Positions 1 to 12,256 of a DNA stretch of 64,000 nt are shown in pieces. Both the position numbers and the translations under genes were made by a program. Below the pieces are notes generated by a model. That model made no database searches, was not told where the DNA came from, and saw only the letters and a list, made by a program, of their open reading frames with translations. The stretch's first letter is position 1, and every line of letters begins with the position of its first letter. This DNA is from Sphaerodactylus townsendi (taxonomy: Eukaryota): the NCBI RefSeq assembly GCF_021028975.2, contig NC_059434.1, positions 68,758,001-68,822,000 on the forward strand, given 5' to 3'.

Positions 1-270
1 CCCATTTTTAGAAAACTTTTTTTCCATCTTCTTGAAGATCTCTTTGGCAGCTATTACAGCAGTTATTCTCTGCTGCTGTCCCTTGTAAGGAAAGAACACT
101 CCTTCCCATTTGAGCCAAGAAAAAATCATCTGGTTTTTCTTTAAGATGTCCACAAAAAAGCATATTCTTTCCTTTTCCGTAGAACTTTTAAATGTATCTC
201 TCTCATTATGATGATGTCTACATATCTTCTATCTGGATTGTTGATTTCCTGTAGACTTCCAAAATTTGCT
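1..270 (-). mobile_element. Degenerate L1-like LINE ORF1 fragment
   Basis: Minus-strand translation ...IMREIHLKVLRKRKEYAFL resembles the C-terminus of squamate L1 ORF1; frameshifted. Confidence 0.4.
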
Positions 271-975
271 CTATCATTTCCTTGAAAGAAAAGTAGATAA
301 CAATGGATTCTTTGGAGAGTGGACTTTGAGGCATTGCACTCCTCTGTCCTCTCCAAGCTACATCCCCAAATTTTTCTCAAACTGGATCTGGCAATCCTAC
401 CCCGCGTCCCCCACCTGCGGTCAGGCGAACCTGGCAATGCTAAAACTTACATACACTGATTTGATCTTACTTATTTGGTTGGAGCCTGGATTTGCCTATG
501 CAGCTGTTCCACTGTGTTTACAAATACACACCCATGACTTGACCTTCTAAAAAAGACCCCTTTCACATCTGAAGCTAGATGAGTAGAGACCTTGAGCTGG
601 CAACCTGAAACTGACTTCAGAATTGAACTCAAGTCATGAGCAGAGCTTTGACCGCTATGTGCTACAAAGCTCCTTAAGATCTTGGAGACCCAAGTTCAAA
701 TCCCCACTCTACCATGGAAGCTTACTCTACCTTGGGTCACTCGGGCTAACCTACCTCACAGGGTTATTGTGAGAATAAGATGGTGTATGAGAGAACAAGG
801 CTCTGAGCTGCTTTGCATCCTCACTGGAGAACTAGAAGAAAAAGAAGAATGTGCCATCAAGTCAAAACCAACTCATGGCAACTCAGCCACAGGGTGTTCA
901 AGGACAGATGAACAGAGGTGGTTTGCCATTGCCTTCCTCTGCATAGCAACCAATATTCCTTTCTTGTCTCCCATC

Positions 976-1111
976 CAGTGGTGGGATTCAGCATTTTCGC
1001 ACCACTTCGGCAGAACTGGTTGTTAAAATGGTGCTTGTAAACAATCAGTTGTTAAATTATTTGAATCCCACCACCGGAACCGGTTGTTAAATTATTTGAA
1101 TCCCACCACTG
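976..1111. mobile_element. hAT-type MITE (TIR CAGTGGTGGGATTC) inserted into an older 5S-headed SINE (about 845-1190, minus)
   Basis: TIRs plus perfect 8-bp TSD CTCCCATC at 968-975 and 1112-1119. Confidence 0.85.
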
Positions 1112-2172
1112 CTCCCATCCAAGTTCTGACTGTGGTTAACCCTGCTTAGCTCCCTTGTTCTGACAAATATGAACTAAGCTGGGCTATTCAAGCTGCTATT
1201 GGAGGGAAACGCCAGGTACAAAAAGACGGTTGTAGTCCAGGCACTGTTGCTTGTGAGAATTAGACTTTACTAGTTGAGGCTGAAGAGGGGGGAACCTTTA
1301 CTGATTCTCTTTCTTCTTTATTATTGAACACACAGAGGAAGCAAAAATGTCTGATCGCAAGCCACTGTCTATATGTCCAGATAAATGACAACGGCTCTTT
1401 CCACCCACACCCCATTTGATGTTAACCGATTAAAAGTTCTGTTCAGAGCATGCCGAAAGGATATCCTTGCTAATTGCCCGGCAGTCAGGCACAGCAATTA
1501 AAAGGCTGCACACAGAGTGTCTCCAAATAGCTGGTGTGGTGTTGAAGAATAAATTCATTCTATTATTTGTGTGGCATTTCTCAGTTGATCACCGAAAGCA
1601 TTCCTGGAGTAATTAGAGTGCACAGCATTGACAGGCTTCGGACATATAGTCAATGTTTGGGTCATTAGCATCACTGGCAACTTCAAAATACTTCTGAAAC
1701 AAGCAAAACGTTGTTCTGCATTTAACTTTGCAGAGAAGATGAGGGGAATATTTATTTCGCTTGCTTGCCGACTTGTGTGTGCCAATCCTGCTCCCAACAA
1801 CTATCAGTTGTAAAAAAAAATAATCAACCTGGTATATTATTTATTTATTTAGAGCATGGTCCAGCCACAGTTAGGTGTTTTTCAGTCCAGTTGATTTCAG
1901 TGAGGGAGATCTATGCGCCGGCTTAACTCTCCAGCTGCAATCAATGGGAATTTGGAGTGCTTAACTCTGGATGCATAATGGCCTGATTTATTGATTATTT
2001 GCATTTTCTGCAATTGTCCCCATCCAATTCTGAGATTGCTTCAGTAATCCAGGCAATTTTATCATCCAACTGATTGTCCAAGGTGTAATTGGAAATCATT
2101 GTCAAGGCTGCCAACTTTCATTCACACGCTGTCCTGTGAACAGCGCCGGTGCCCCAGCGGCCTGTGGGGCTT

Positions 2173-2332
2173 CCTTTGGATGGGGCCTTCCTCTTCAGGT
2201 CCCCTCTTACCTTCTCTTGGCAGCCAAGAGAAGGTAAGAGGGGACCTGAAGAGGAAGGCCCCATCCAAAGGCCCCATCCAAAGGCTTTGCAGATGCCCCA
2301 TCCAAAGGCCCCATCCAAAGGCTTTGCAGATG
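2173..2332. repeat. Perfect 99-bp palindrome (2173-2271) overlapping a 37-bp tandem duplication
   Basis: 49-bp arms with 1-nt spacer; CCCCATCCAAAGGCCCCATCCAAAGGCTTTGCAGATG x2. Confidence 0.95.
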
Positions 2333-2787
2333 CCAGGGGACACGCCCCTGTGGCCATGGCGACACCTCCAGGGTTGGAGGTCAGGAGGCGTATCCCCTGG
2401 GCTCTGCAAGGTGACAGCAGTCAAAAGAAGGGAAGAGGGGAACTGAAGCAGTGCGGGGAAAACAGAGGTGTCCACCAAGTGCTGTTCGCTTGGCACCGGG
2501 TGGACACCGCCATTTTTCAAAAGACTCTTTTGTTGAGGGAGTCAGAAAAATGCCATTATGGGGGAGGTGGGCTGTTGTGGCTTTGCTCCAGCTGCGGCTG
2601 CTGTGCGAAGTCCTCCCCCACAACAGTGTTTTTACCGGCCCCATGCCAATCTTTGTGGCCTGTGAGGGACAGGCCCAGGATTGAGAAAGGATGTTCTGAG
2701 AATAAGGAGCCTGGAAAATGTTCTGATACAATATGCCATTAAATACAAGATGTTAGGGAGAGCAATGCCCTCACCTGGATATTTCAG

Positions 2788-2960
2788 GCTAGCCCAGCCC
2801 TAACAGACCTCTGAGGCTAAGCAGGGTTGGCCTTGGTTAGTACTTGGATGGGAGACCACCAAGAAAGTCCAGAGTCGCTATACAGAGGCAGGCAGTGGCA
2901 AACCACATCTGAGCATCTCTTGCCTTGAAAACTCTGTAAGGTGGTCATAAGTCAGTTGCC
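2788..2960 (+). mobile_element. 5S rRNA-derived SINE (5S-Sauria-like); relatives at about 16215-16370 (+), 31195-31375 (-), 55230-55330 (+)
   Basis: GCTAAGCAGGGTTGGCCTTGGTTAGTACTTGGATGGGAGACC matches the 5S internal control region and is followed by an RTE/Sauria-type tail GGCAAACCAC...CTTGCCTTGAAAAC. Confidence 0.75.
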
Positions 2961-3290
2961 CAAGAAACTTAAGCTTCCTTCCCTCTTCTAGTGCAAGGAT
3001 ACCAAGCATTCTGTCTACCAGCCTATAAGCTCAACAAGCTGGGAAGACATCAGGCAGGTCTGGCAATTCTGGTAGCCCACAAATTAAAATACCAGATACC
3101 TGTGCTGCCAGTATGTTTTAATTTGGCTTAGTCTATTTTATGTAAGGGATCGATATTTTCCTTTATTATAGTTAATTCTTTATTATAGTTAATTTCCTTT
3201 ATTATAGTTAATGTCTTTCTCCCTCCTAATGTTGATTGTGAATCCATACAATTGTAATGGTTGCATCTTACAGGATCAGATAGTTGCAGC

Positions 3291-3449
3291 CAGAGGCGTA
3301 GCAAGGGGGGAAAGCGTCCAGTGCACTGGTGCGTCCTCTGCTCCTGCCCCGCCCCAGGTCACCCCCATCCCACCCCAGAATGCCCCCACCATGCCCCCAC
3401 AGGGTGTGTTGCACACACACACACACGCTCCTTTGCAGCTACACCTCTG
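3291..3449. mobile_element. hAT-type MITE (TIR CAGAGGCGTAGC)
   Basis: TIRs, degenerate 8-bp TSD; same family as 16914-17070. Confidence 0.75.
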
Positions 3450-4499
3450 ATTGCAGATTAATGGCACTTTCCAACTCATCAAGGACATAGGAAGTTTTGT
3501 TGAGCTCAGACAAGATGAATCCTTGATGTAATCCAGCATGACTGGGGTAGACCAAACTGAACATGCTTCAAGGAGAAGAGGCAAAAGTCACAAACCCAAT
3601 CATGTGTGCCAAATAAGTTTTCATCAGACTCTGCCATTTTTTCATCAGACAATACAAAAGTATTGCATTGGATTATTCATATCTACTTCATCAACCTTTT
3701 TCTTATCAAAGTGTGAACAACATTACCAGTTCAAGCTGCAAGTAGATAAATATTCTATATGGTTGTTCCATTTTGCAATCTGCTGAGTAAAGAATATTTT
3801 AATTATTCAGCTCAGGAGATTCTTCCAAGGCTGTTATAGTGAGTCCACTTTCATTGATGACCATTTCCCCAGCGGAAAGGATTGGCATCCAAAGTGATCT
3901 GGCAAGTTTTAAGTCAGAGCAGCATTTCTTCTAATATTACTAAAACAGTTCCTTTTAATCATTTGATTATATTATTGGAAAACTGAGAAAACAATGACAA
4001 ATGGGCTGAGAAATACCAAAACATAACACCAGGAGCCAAAACCATTTATTTTAAACACATTTCTTTCAAAATGTCTAGACCACCATTCTCAGCAGAATGT
4101 GCACGCCTCATAAAACAAAGTTGCACTGTTGAGTGTCTTTTGTGTAGATATGCATGGGACTGCGCAAGCTGGCCACAGAGAACTGACCAGAAAGCTCTGA
4201 GAAATTGCAGAGTGCCTGGGGTGGACTCCCAGTCCCCATCCAGAGCTGAGAGTGGGTTTCCTGTCCAAATGGTCACACGAGAGAGGCAGGAGAATGGTCC
4301 TCCCTCAGTTCTCCCTTCGCTATCATAGAAGAGCACCAGGAAGGCAAAAATAGCATTCCACAGCTATTGGAAAGGAGGGAGGGATGTGTGCCTGCACAGA
4401 AGATACTTGATAAACAACAGTTACTGGTAAGGGCAACTTTGTTTTCATTGCCCTGTCTTCAGTGCAGTCCTACATGGGAGAGTAAGATCACTCACCATG

Positions 4500-4870
4500 A
4501 AGGCAACTGTGGGCTGGATTATCATAATTCACTCTATGCTGAGCTTCCCTTGAGACTGCTCCAGAAACTGAAATTGGTCCAGAATGCAGCGGTGAGGGTT
4601 CTTACTGGGCCTCCTGTAAGATCACACATTCACCTATGTTTTGCTTGCTGCACTGCTTACTGGTTGAATTCTGGGTTAAGGTCAAGGTTTTAGCACTAAT
4701 CTTTAAAGCCCTGAATGCTCTTGGACAGTTGAATCTCTTTTGCAGGACAGCATCTCCCAGTACCATCCTGGAGAACACTATGCCCTTCTGGAAGTAACCT
4801 TCTAGAGGTCCCCAGCCCCGAAGAGATTCAACTGGCCTCAACCAGGGCTTTTTCAGCTGTAGTGGCCTTC
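4500..4870 (+). mobile_element. L2 LINE RT 3' fragment
   Basis: LDYHNSLYAELPLRLLQKLKLVQNAAVRVLTG is a typical L2/CR1-group RT C-terminal motif. Confidence 0.75.
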
Positions 4871-4879
4871 TTAATATCA

Positions 4880-5960
4880 AATGATTGTGCTGTATATCCC
4901 TACCTAGACGACCAGTTATTTGTTGCTCCTTCCTATCAATCTTTGGAGTATGATTTGGCCTTTGCTTCCCAAACACTGACTAATCTGAGTTTGGTAATTA
5001 AATACAGAAACGTCCTGTTAATACACTGCACAAATCATTGAGTTTATTGGAGTGGTTTTGGATTCCACTGCACAAAAAGCTTATTTATTTCAGCCCTTGG
5101 TCAGTATTTTTTTCTTTTAATAGATTTCAAAAGGCCATCCAAAAACTCCTGGGATTTATTGCTTCTGCTTCCTCTGAAGTTCCCCACACCAGGTTGATTA
5201 GGAAATTCAAACGTAACATAGATTCCCAGTATTGTAAACTAACCATATCCAGGATAATCAAAGGAAAAATGTCTGCTCGTTGCTGCAGACAGCAAAGTTG
5301 CCAAGTTTTACATCAACAAGCAAGGGGGGACAGGTTCCAAGTCCCTCTGTGCTAAGACTTCCCCATTGTGGCAACAGGCCATTCAATACAACATTTACAT
5401 ATTCAATACAACATTTACATGTCAGCCAACCATGTGACGGAATAGAGCAACATCCTGCAGATGTCCTGAACTGGCAAGTGTTGTCCGCTCACGAATTGTC
5501 CCTCAACCTTGTTCTTTATCCAGTATTTTTCAGTATTGGTTGTACTTAAAAGATACTGGTTAGGTCACTTCTATAAGGTTAACCTTGCTGCAGTTTTTAT
5601 GTTCCTCTTTCCTGCTGGTCCTTGTCTGTTTTCCCAGCACCTGACTCAAAAACTTCTTTGAGAGATCTAACAAACCTCTTCCCTCTGTTTAAATCGCCTC
5701 TCCCTGTTTGGAGTTTGTCTTTGGTCTTATCTCAAATTATGCATAAACCTTTTGAGCCACTGGCAATTTTTGTGATCACTGTGCCATTTTTTAAACCAAA
5801 ACCACTACCTCACCATAACTGCAATTAACCCCAGAAGGGAAAGAAGTTTTTGCCTGTCTTTTTCCTCTGCATTGCTAATTGCATGGGGAGTAATAAACTC
5901 TTGGCAAAATGTACAGGAAGAAGCATTAACACTCTCTCTGCCTGGCACTACTGCCCCGAT
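4880..5960 (+). mobile_element. Degenerate DIRS1-like tyrosine-recombinase retrotransposon; terminal-repeat-like remnants also at about 4130-4480
   Basis: RT motif QIIEFIGVVLDS, RNase H motif DSKVAKFYINKQGGTGSKSLC and YR-associated PVWSLSLVLSQIMHKPFEPL occur in DIRS order, with frameshifts. Confidence 0.7.
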
Positions 5961-6185
5961 CAGATTCCCTCCTCCCATGCACACAAAACTTCTTATTAGG
6001 CTCGAAAATGCACCAGGTGATCCAGCCACAGCTTTCCAATATAATGTAGTTTGGCTACTTTCCCAGAGAAAACAATTCTTGTCTCTCATTGATGAATATT
6101 TGATGCATACATCTTTAAATTTTTCCATTGCCTAATATCAATACCAACCTCAACTAGACAACTAGATTCAAACTTACTGTTGTTA

Positions 6186-6412
6186 GTGGGGTGCTGTGTG
6201 GTTTCCAGGCTGTATGGCCGTGTTCTAGCAGCATTCTCTTCTGATGTTTCTCCTGCATCTGTGGCTGCATCTCCTCTGTGGCTGTATCTCCTCTGAAGAT
6301 GCCAGCCACAGATGCAGGCGAAATGTCAGGAGAGAATGCTGCTAGAACACGGCCATACAGTCTGTAAACCACACAGCACCCCAGTGATTCCGGCCGTGAA
6401 AGCCTTGGACAT
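6186..6412 (+). mobile_element. Penelope-like element terminus forming an inverted repeat (about 100-bp arms); relatives at 45430-45570, 46195-46270, 55090-55200
   Basis: GGGGTGCTGTGTGGTTT...AAACCACACAGCACCCC inversion; tail GGCCGTGAAAGCCTT; contains a hammerhead core. Confidence 0.75.
6287..6333 (+). ncRNA. Minimal hammerhead ribozyme motif (Penelope-associated)
   Basis: Stem I TCTCCT/AGGAGA, CTGAAGA 6293-6299, stem II GCC/GGC, GAAA 6320-6323, then TG and the TC cleavage site at 6326-6327. Confidence 0.7.
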
Positions 6413-7863
6413 TACTGTTGTTACTCCATGAATATCACCACTTCTGAGTTCACCTAACATAGATTTGTAGTCCTATGAGCACTCAGAAGAGCCTAAATGA
6501 TAGCAAATACCCTATATGGCCACCTACCCAATCTAGAATGTTTGCAAGGAAAACCTAGAATGTTTGTCTATTTCTGTGCATTATCAAATATTCAAAAGAA
6601 ATGCACAGCAAAACAATAGATCTTCAGAGAGCATGTAGCAAATTTTATGGCTTTGCAAATTGCCTTGTAGTGATGGGAAGCATAATTTCTTCATTTGAAA
6701 AGAAATAAATTGAGATAAATGAAAAGCAATTCAGGGGAAACTGCTTTCTGGTTTGCCCTGGGTAGTATATATCCTACTACTAGCTGCATCAAGATCCGAT
6801 TGGTTTAAATAGTCTACTAACAAATCAATGGCTTTGATCTCACTGGTTGCTTAGCCATTAACTGACCGTTTCCCTTGTATTTGCTAATGGTCCTACTGGC
6901 AGAATAAGTAAAACATAAGAAGATTGTGTGCATCTCTAAACAAGCTAAAGGATTTCACTGAGGGTTTTATTTAATGCCGACAGCTGTTCCAGGAATATCC
7001 AAATTATTCAACACCAATTACACTATGCAAAGCAAGCAAATGTGTATAATTTATTCTGGGTAAGAGGGAAAGGCCATGGAGATCCAGAGCAGATTTCATG
7101 AAGAGAAACAAAGAAGAGAGATGGGCAGAAAACTGATTTTGGCATTCCACGTTTTTAGCAGGCATTGCTCTTGAGTTTCCAAAACAAAAGAAGTGGAACA
7201 AATTGGATCCTTTTCATTGCTGCCAGTATTGGTATGGAAGAAGTTCCCCAATAAAAGTCCCTTGGTATGGGATTGTGGCTAAATAAATAACCCAGGCTCT
7301 GTCCCTAGGATCTCTTGTTAAGGGATCTCAGATAGTATGTGCCAGGAAACATCTTTGGCTACCTAATGGGAGATGTTGCCAGTCAAATGAAACTATAGTG
7401 AGTTAGACAGAAGAACGATCTGACTTAAGGCAGCTTGGGAAAGTTAAGACTCCTTCCCCCCTTACTAGGGTTGCCAACATTCAGGTTGGGTCTGGAGATC
7501 CCCCAGAATTACAACTGGTCTCTGGACTATGGAGATCAGTTTCCCTTTGTGGCTTAGAAGAAGAGGAGAGGAGGAGGAGGAGTTTGGATTTATATCCCAC
7601 CTTTCTCTTCTGTAAGGTGACTCAAAGTAGCTTACAAGCTCCTTTCCCTTCCTCTCCCCACAACCAGTGGTATAGCTGCAACAGGTGTCAGGCGCATGCC
7701 ATTGGCATCACATGAGGGCAGAAAATTGCCCCCAGAGTTTGTTCATGTACTTCAATTACGGAAATGGCACCCAGCCACAATATCAACAGTATAAATATCT
7801 GTGAGAAAAAGAAAATGGCAGGTGGCACAAAGTATCAAACTGAAGAGGTAGAATGGTTGGCCA

Positions 7864-8200
7864 TGGCCCACTCACCCTAGTGGAGAGAGGGGAGGAGAAG
7901 GGAGGGGTGGCATGAAAGGAAGGGGAGGGAGTGGAAGGAGGCCCAGCATCTGGACACAGCCCACCCACCCTAGTGGGAGGGAGAGAGGGGAAGGGGTGGC
8001 ATACAAGGGAGGGGAGGGAGAGGGAGAGGGTCCAGCATCTGGACATGCCCCACCCACCCTAGTGGAGGGAGGGGAGGAGGAGGGAGGGGTGGCATGCAAG
8101 GGAGGGGAGGAAGTGGAAGGGGGCCCAGCATCTGGACACGGCCCACCCACCCTAGCGGAGGGAGGGGAGGGAGGGGTGGCATGCAAGGGAGGAGAGGGAG
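7864..8200. repeat. G-rich minisatellite, about 90-bp unit, about 3.7 copies
   Basis: CCAGCATCTGGACA...CCCACCCACCCTAG recurs at about 7942, 8031 and 8124; dense GGG tracts. Confidence 0.9.
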
Positions 8201-10769
8201 CAGAGAAGCAGAGAAAAGGAAAGTGAGAGCTCTTTACAGTTGGGTGGTGAAAATAAAGCATTTTCTGCTCTCTGCACAGCATGCAGAAAACATTTTAAAA
8301 ACAGCTTCAGGAAAAAAGACGCTAATTTAGCATTTTCAAAATAAAATGCTTTGAGGGAAAACAAAATATTTTCCAGATGTTTTCAGAAAAAGCTGCATGG
8401 AAATCCTGGAGGAAATGTTTTATTTTCCAACCTCAAAAAGTATTATTTGTGTGGTGCAAAAAGAACCAATTTCTGTGAGACCAATCCACTCTGAAGACTT
8501 CTGTGGCTTGTGGCAGACTTGTAATGATTTGCAGAAAAAAATATCTGGCCTTTTGCACTTTTATGGGCGTGGGGTAGGAACATCATGGATAGAGTGGCCT
8601 ATTATGCCATGCAAAAATAATTGGAAGAGCCCCTAATCAATAGCACAGACTTTTTGATGGAGGAAGTGAGGGGCGGGGTCTGTCTGTGCTGAGGGGAGGG
8701 TTCCTATCTCTGCCAGCAGGGGGTCATCCTCGGTGCCTTTCCGTGCCTTCCTATCTCCACCATTCATAGCCACCCCCTCTGCATCTGTTTCTCACCAGGC
8801 CACTTAGGTCATTGCAGCCAGACTGAGGGGCACATGGAGGAGGTGGAGCAGCGGAAGCACAGGGTGTCGGGGTTCCAGCTCCAAGACCAGTCCAAACAAC
8901 GGAGCAGTCCCAACCACCACCTGCCCCGACCAGCTTCTCCCAACACAGAGGCCCAGGGGCAGAGAGGTGGCAGCAGAGGCAGATGAGAGGGGAAAAGGAA
9001 TGAGGATGAGGATTCGAAGGAGAAAAATGAAGCTCCTGCAGTCAACCTGGGTCAATCCCAAGGGGCAGTGGCTGGGCTATGTGTTTGCCCCAAGGGAATA
9101 CTTTCTTCTGCGGAAGCACCGAAGAACTTCCAACCACATTTTTATCTTTTAGTGTGACAAGGTCTAGGAATCCAGCCAAAGAACTGGCCTCTGAACTGTT
9201 TCATTCCCCTGGATCAATCCAATATAATACCTTTTTAATTGTTCAGCTCAGCAACCCTGCTAGGGCAGGAAAAAACAATCTGAAGGAATCAGGAGTTTGT
9301 TCTTCCCAGAATTATTGAACTCATTTTATCTGGCCTAAGAGGAAATAGCCCAAGAGGTTAATCTCATTAAAACAGGATTTCTCCTGCCTTGGCTAGGATA
9401 CAGTTGTATTTTTCTGAGCCAAGATAGTGTCATGATGAGGAGCCCAAGTGGGAAATATGGCAGAGACCAGTACCATAGCGGCAAAAAAACGCTCCCTAAT
9501 CTTGGACAGAGCCCATTTACGGTGTGTAAAATCAGAGTAATTCACTCGCCGTTTTGGCTTTTGACAGTTAACGTTCTTCAGTTCCACACAGGCCCTCACA
9601 GTCAACCACCTAGACTGATATTTACTTGGGCTGTTAACTGATTAAATATTTTTAGTTGATGAGTCAAGAGAGCCATCTTCATGGATGACTTAACGGATTA
9701 CACTTAAAAGAAATGAGCACATTATCTCAAATCTTCTTCAAGTGTCTTTTGGAGATATTGGAAGAGGAAATATGAGGTCTTTTTCTTTCCTAAGTAACAG
9801 CTGTCGGGTTTTTGGGTAGAATGGCAGTCTTTAATGTTAAATTACAGTAACAACACTAGAACCAAAGCGGTAAAAAAAATAGCATGCATTTAATGTGCAG
9901 CCCTCTGATGAAAAGTAGCCTTCACAACTTAATCAACAAATGGTTTAGTTGGTTAACCTGCAGATTAAACTGATTAACGGTCAAGAATCTTTCCTACGGT
10001 TTCTAGCACTTTGTGTGTTGTATTGATATGCTCACCTTCCATGGGCAAACCATGCATTCCGTTGTAAAATAACTCTCATCTGCTTTCTAAATTTAGGTAA
10101 ACGTTCACATGCGACATATTCTGGAGTACTGGCATTAGTGATGAAAAATCCCAGAGTTATAGAAACCTTGAATTCATTAAACAATTAAAGAAGAAATCAC
10201 AAAGGGGGGGGGGGGACCTGCTATTAAAGTAATGCAAGCAAATATGGATTAATCTCAGAAAATACCTGAGGAATTTGTACAAAGGAAATTGCTTTCCTCA
10301 GAGAAACCATTCTGATCTATAGGGAAAGTGCTGTTTTTTCTCGCTTTTTACATTACTTATATCAATGTTAATATTGTTGGTTTTGCCCCTGGTATTAACT
10401 GGGAGACAGATACAGTGCTGGGGGTGGGGGATGTATACCATTCTGATCTTCAGATAAGAATTAGTCTATCAAAAAAATCATACAATGCATGGGCGACTCC
10501 TAGTGTTCAAAACTAAGAATGTCACCCATTAACATACAAGGCAACCTTAAAAATGAATCAGATAATTCGTCTTTCAGGTCACCGTTGTCCACTCTGATGG
10601 GCAGCACCTTTCAGGATTTCAGGTTGGCCTTTCAAATCACCTGCTATTTGATCCTCGTAAGCCTGTAATGCTGAGAACCAACCCAGCAACCCTTAGCAGA
10701 ATTATACCCTTATAAGCTCCAGCTCAAATCACTGCAGAATCTCTTCCCCCACAGATGTGGTAGTCTGCT

Positions 10770-11170
10770 GAAGCAAAAACAACATGATATTCTGTGACAT
10801 CTTAAAGACTGACAGATTTATTGTGATACAAGCCTCCATGGATTATAAAAATGAATATACAAGGGGGAAATGGTGAATAGTGAAGTTAAAAGGCCATGAA
10901 ATGTAGGCAGTACAGTCTGTTTCTAGGTGAAATTAAAAAATGTCATAAATACATATATATAGTGACTATTCACAGAAACTGTAATTGCTGATAATAACAA
11001 AACTGAACATCAGCAGAAGGTCAGAAATGATTTATATTTAAATCCTAGTTAATATAATGAAACGCATTAAACATTCTAATTCAGCAATTTCACATTAGAG
11101 TCTTCCTTTGAAGTACCTTTGTTGAAGAATATTGACTTTCAGATCAGCAAGGGAGACTGAAATGTTCTTC
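10770..11170 (-). mobile_element. Degenerate Penelope-like element (GIY-YIG C-terminal remnant and 3' end)
   Basis: SLADLKVNILQQRYFKGRL on the minus strand; AATAAA..AGTCTTTAAG..GTCAC tail, with a similar tail at about 25600-25650. Confidence 0.5.
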
Positions 11171-11630
11171 CCATTTTTGGATGTTACCTTTCTGACATCA
11201 AATTTCTGTCCTTTTATTCTTTCGCACTGACATTGACCTGTTTGTCCTAGATCAATATATGTAAGCATTAGATTGAAGTTAGAACTGAGAAATAAAATAA
11301 AACTCCCTTTCTCCTGTGTATTTGTCAAAAGTCAATAACATACCCAAATACTAAGAGCAGTTTTGCACATTAATATTGCACAGAGAAATGCTTCTGCAAC
11401 ACCAGTCTCTCCCTGTATTAAACATGCCAATCATCTGAACACATGAAGCTGCTTTGTACTGTATTGGTGCATTATTACGTCAATATTGCCTATTTTGATT
11501 TGGGGCAGCTCTCCAGTGTCTCAGACAGAGGTCTTGCAACATCACAATTACCTAATCCTTTCAAGATTAGATGCTGGGGATTGAACCTGGGATCTCTGCA
11601 TGCCAAGCAAATGCCCAACCTCTGAGCTAC

Positions 11631-11721
11631 GGTGGTGGGATTCAGCCGGTTTGCACCGCTTCGGCAGAACCGGTTGTTAAAATGGTGATTGCAAACAACC
11701 AGCTGTTAAATCCCACCACTG
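11631..11721. mobile_element. hAT-type MITE (GGTGGTGGGATTC family)
   Basis: Homologous to 976-1111. Confidence 0.75.
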
Positions 11722-11864
11722 GCTCCCCCTCCTCTTTAAATACCTGTGCCCTTTCTCTGAAGTACCTGATTGGGTTAGGATTTCCAGGTGTGCATAGATA
11801 TGTGTTAAAGAAGCATGTACACTCTTAAATGACAATTACATGTTATCTTTTGGTTGATACCATC

Positions 11865-12256
11865 CAGAGGTGGGATCCAGCAGGTTCTCACGGGTTCCCG
11901 AGATTAGGTTACTAATTATTTGTGTGTGCCGAGAGGAGGTTACTAATTGGTGATTTTGCCACGTGATTTTTGCCTTAGTTACGCCCCTCCTCTCAGCAGT
12001 AGCGCGCAGAACTTGAAGCAGTCTAGCAGGAGGTGCACCGGCGTGCGTGGCAGCCTGCGCCTGTGTGCATTTGTTTCCCGCCCAAGGACCGCCGAAGCGG
12101 CTGCATCCTTGCCACAGCCCCGCCCAGGAATACCCTGCCCCCGGAATGCCCAGCCATGCCCCCGTCATGCCCCACCCAGCCCCATTGGCGCTACGCCACA
12201 GTTTGAATCCCACCACCATGGGAACCTGTTACTAAAATTTTTGGATCTCACCACTG
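11865..12256. mobile_element. Non-autonomous hAT element, 392 bp
   Basis: TIRs CAGAGGTGGGATCCA / TGGATCTCACCACTG; perfect 8-bp TSD ATACCATC. Confidence 0.88.

Noticed and set aside
2099-2742. Overlapping ORFs of 115-197 aa
   Set aside because: Produced by the palindrome and duplications in GC-rich sequence; no recognisable domain or splice structure.
2788-2860. 5S rRNA gene
   Set aside because: Partial and diverged, and continues into a SINE tail rather than the 5S 3' end and terminator.
7783-8330. Pro-rich and Gly-rich repetitive ORFs
   Set aside because: Translations of the G-rich minisatellite.
10030-10100. Possible extra minus-strand exon (AAG|gtgagc donor)
   Set aside because: Lies beyond the SLR stop codon; no partner exons or recognisable peptide.
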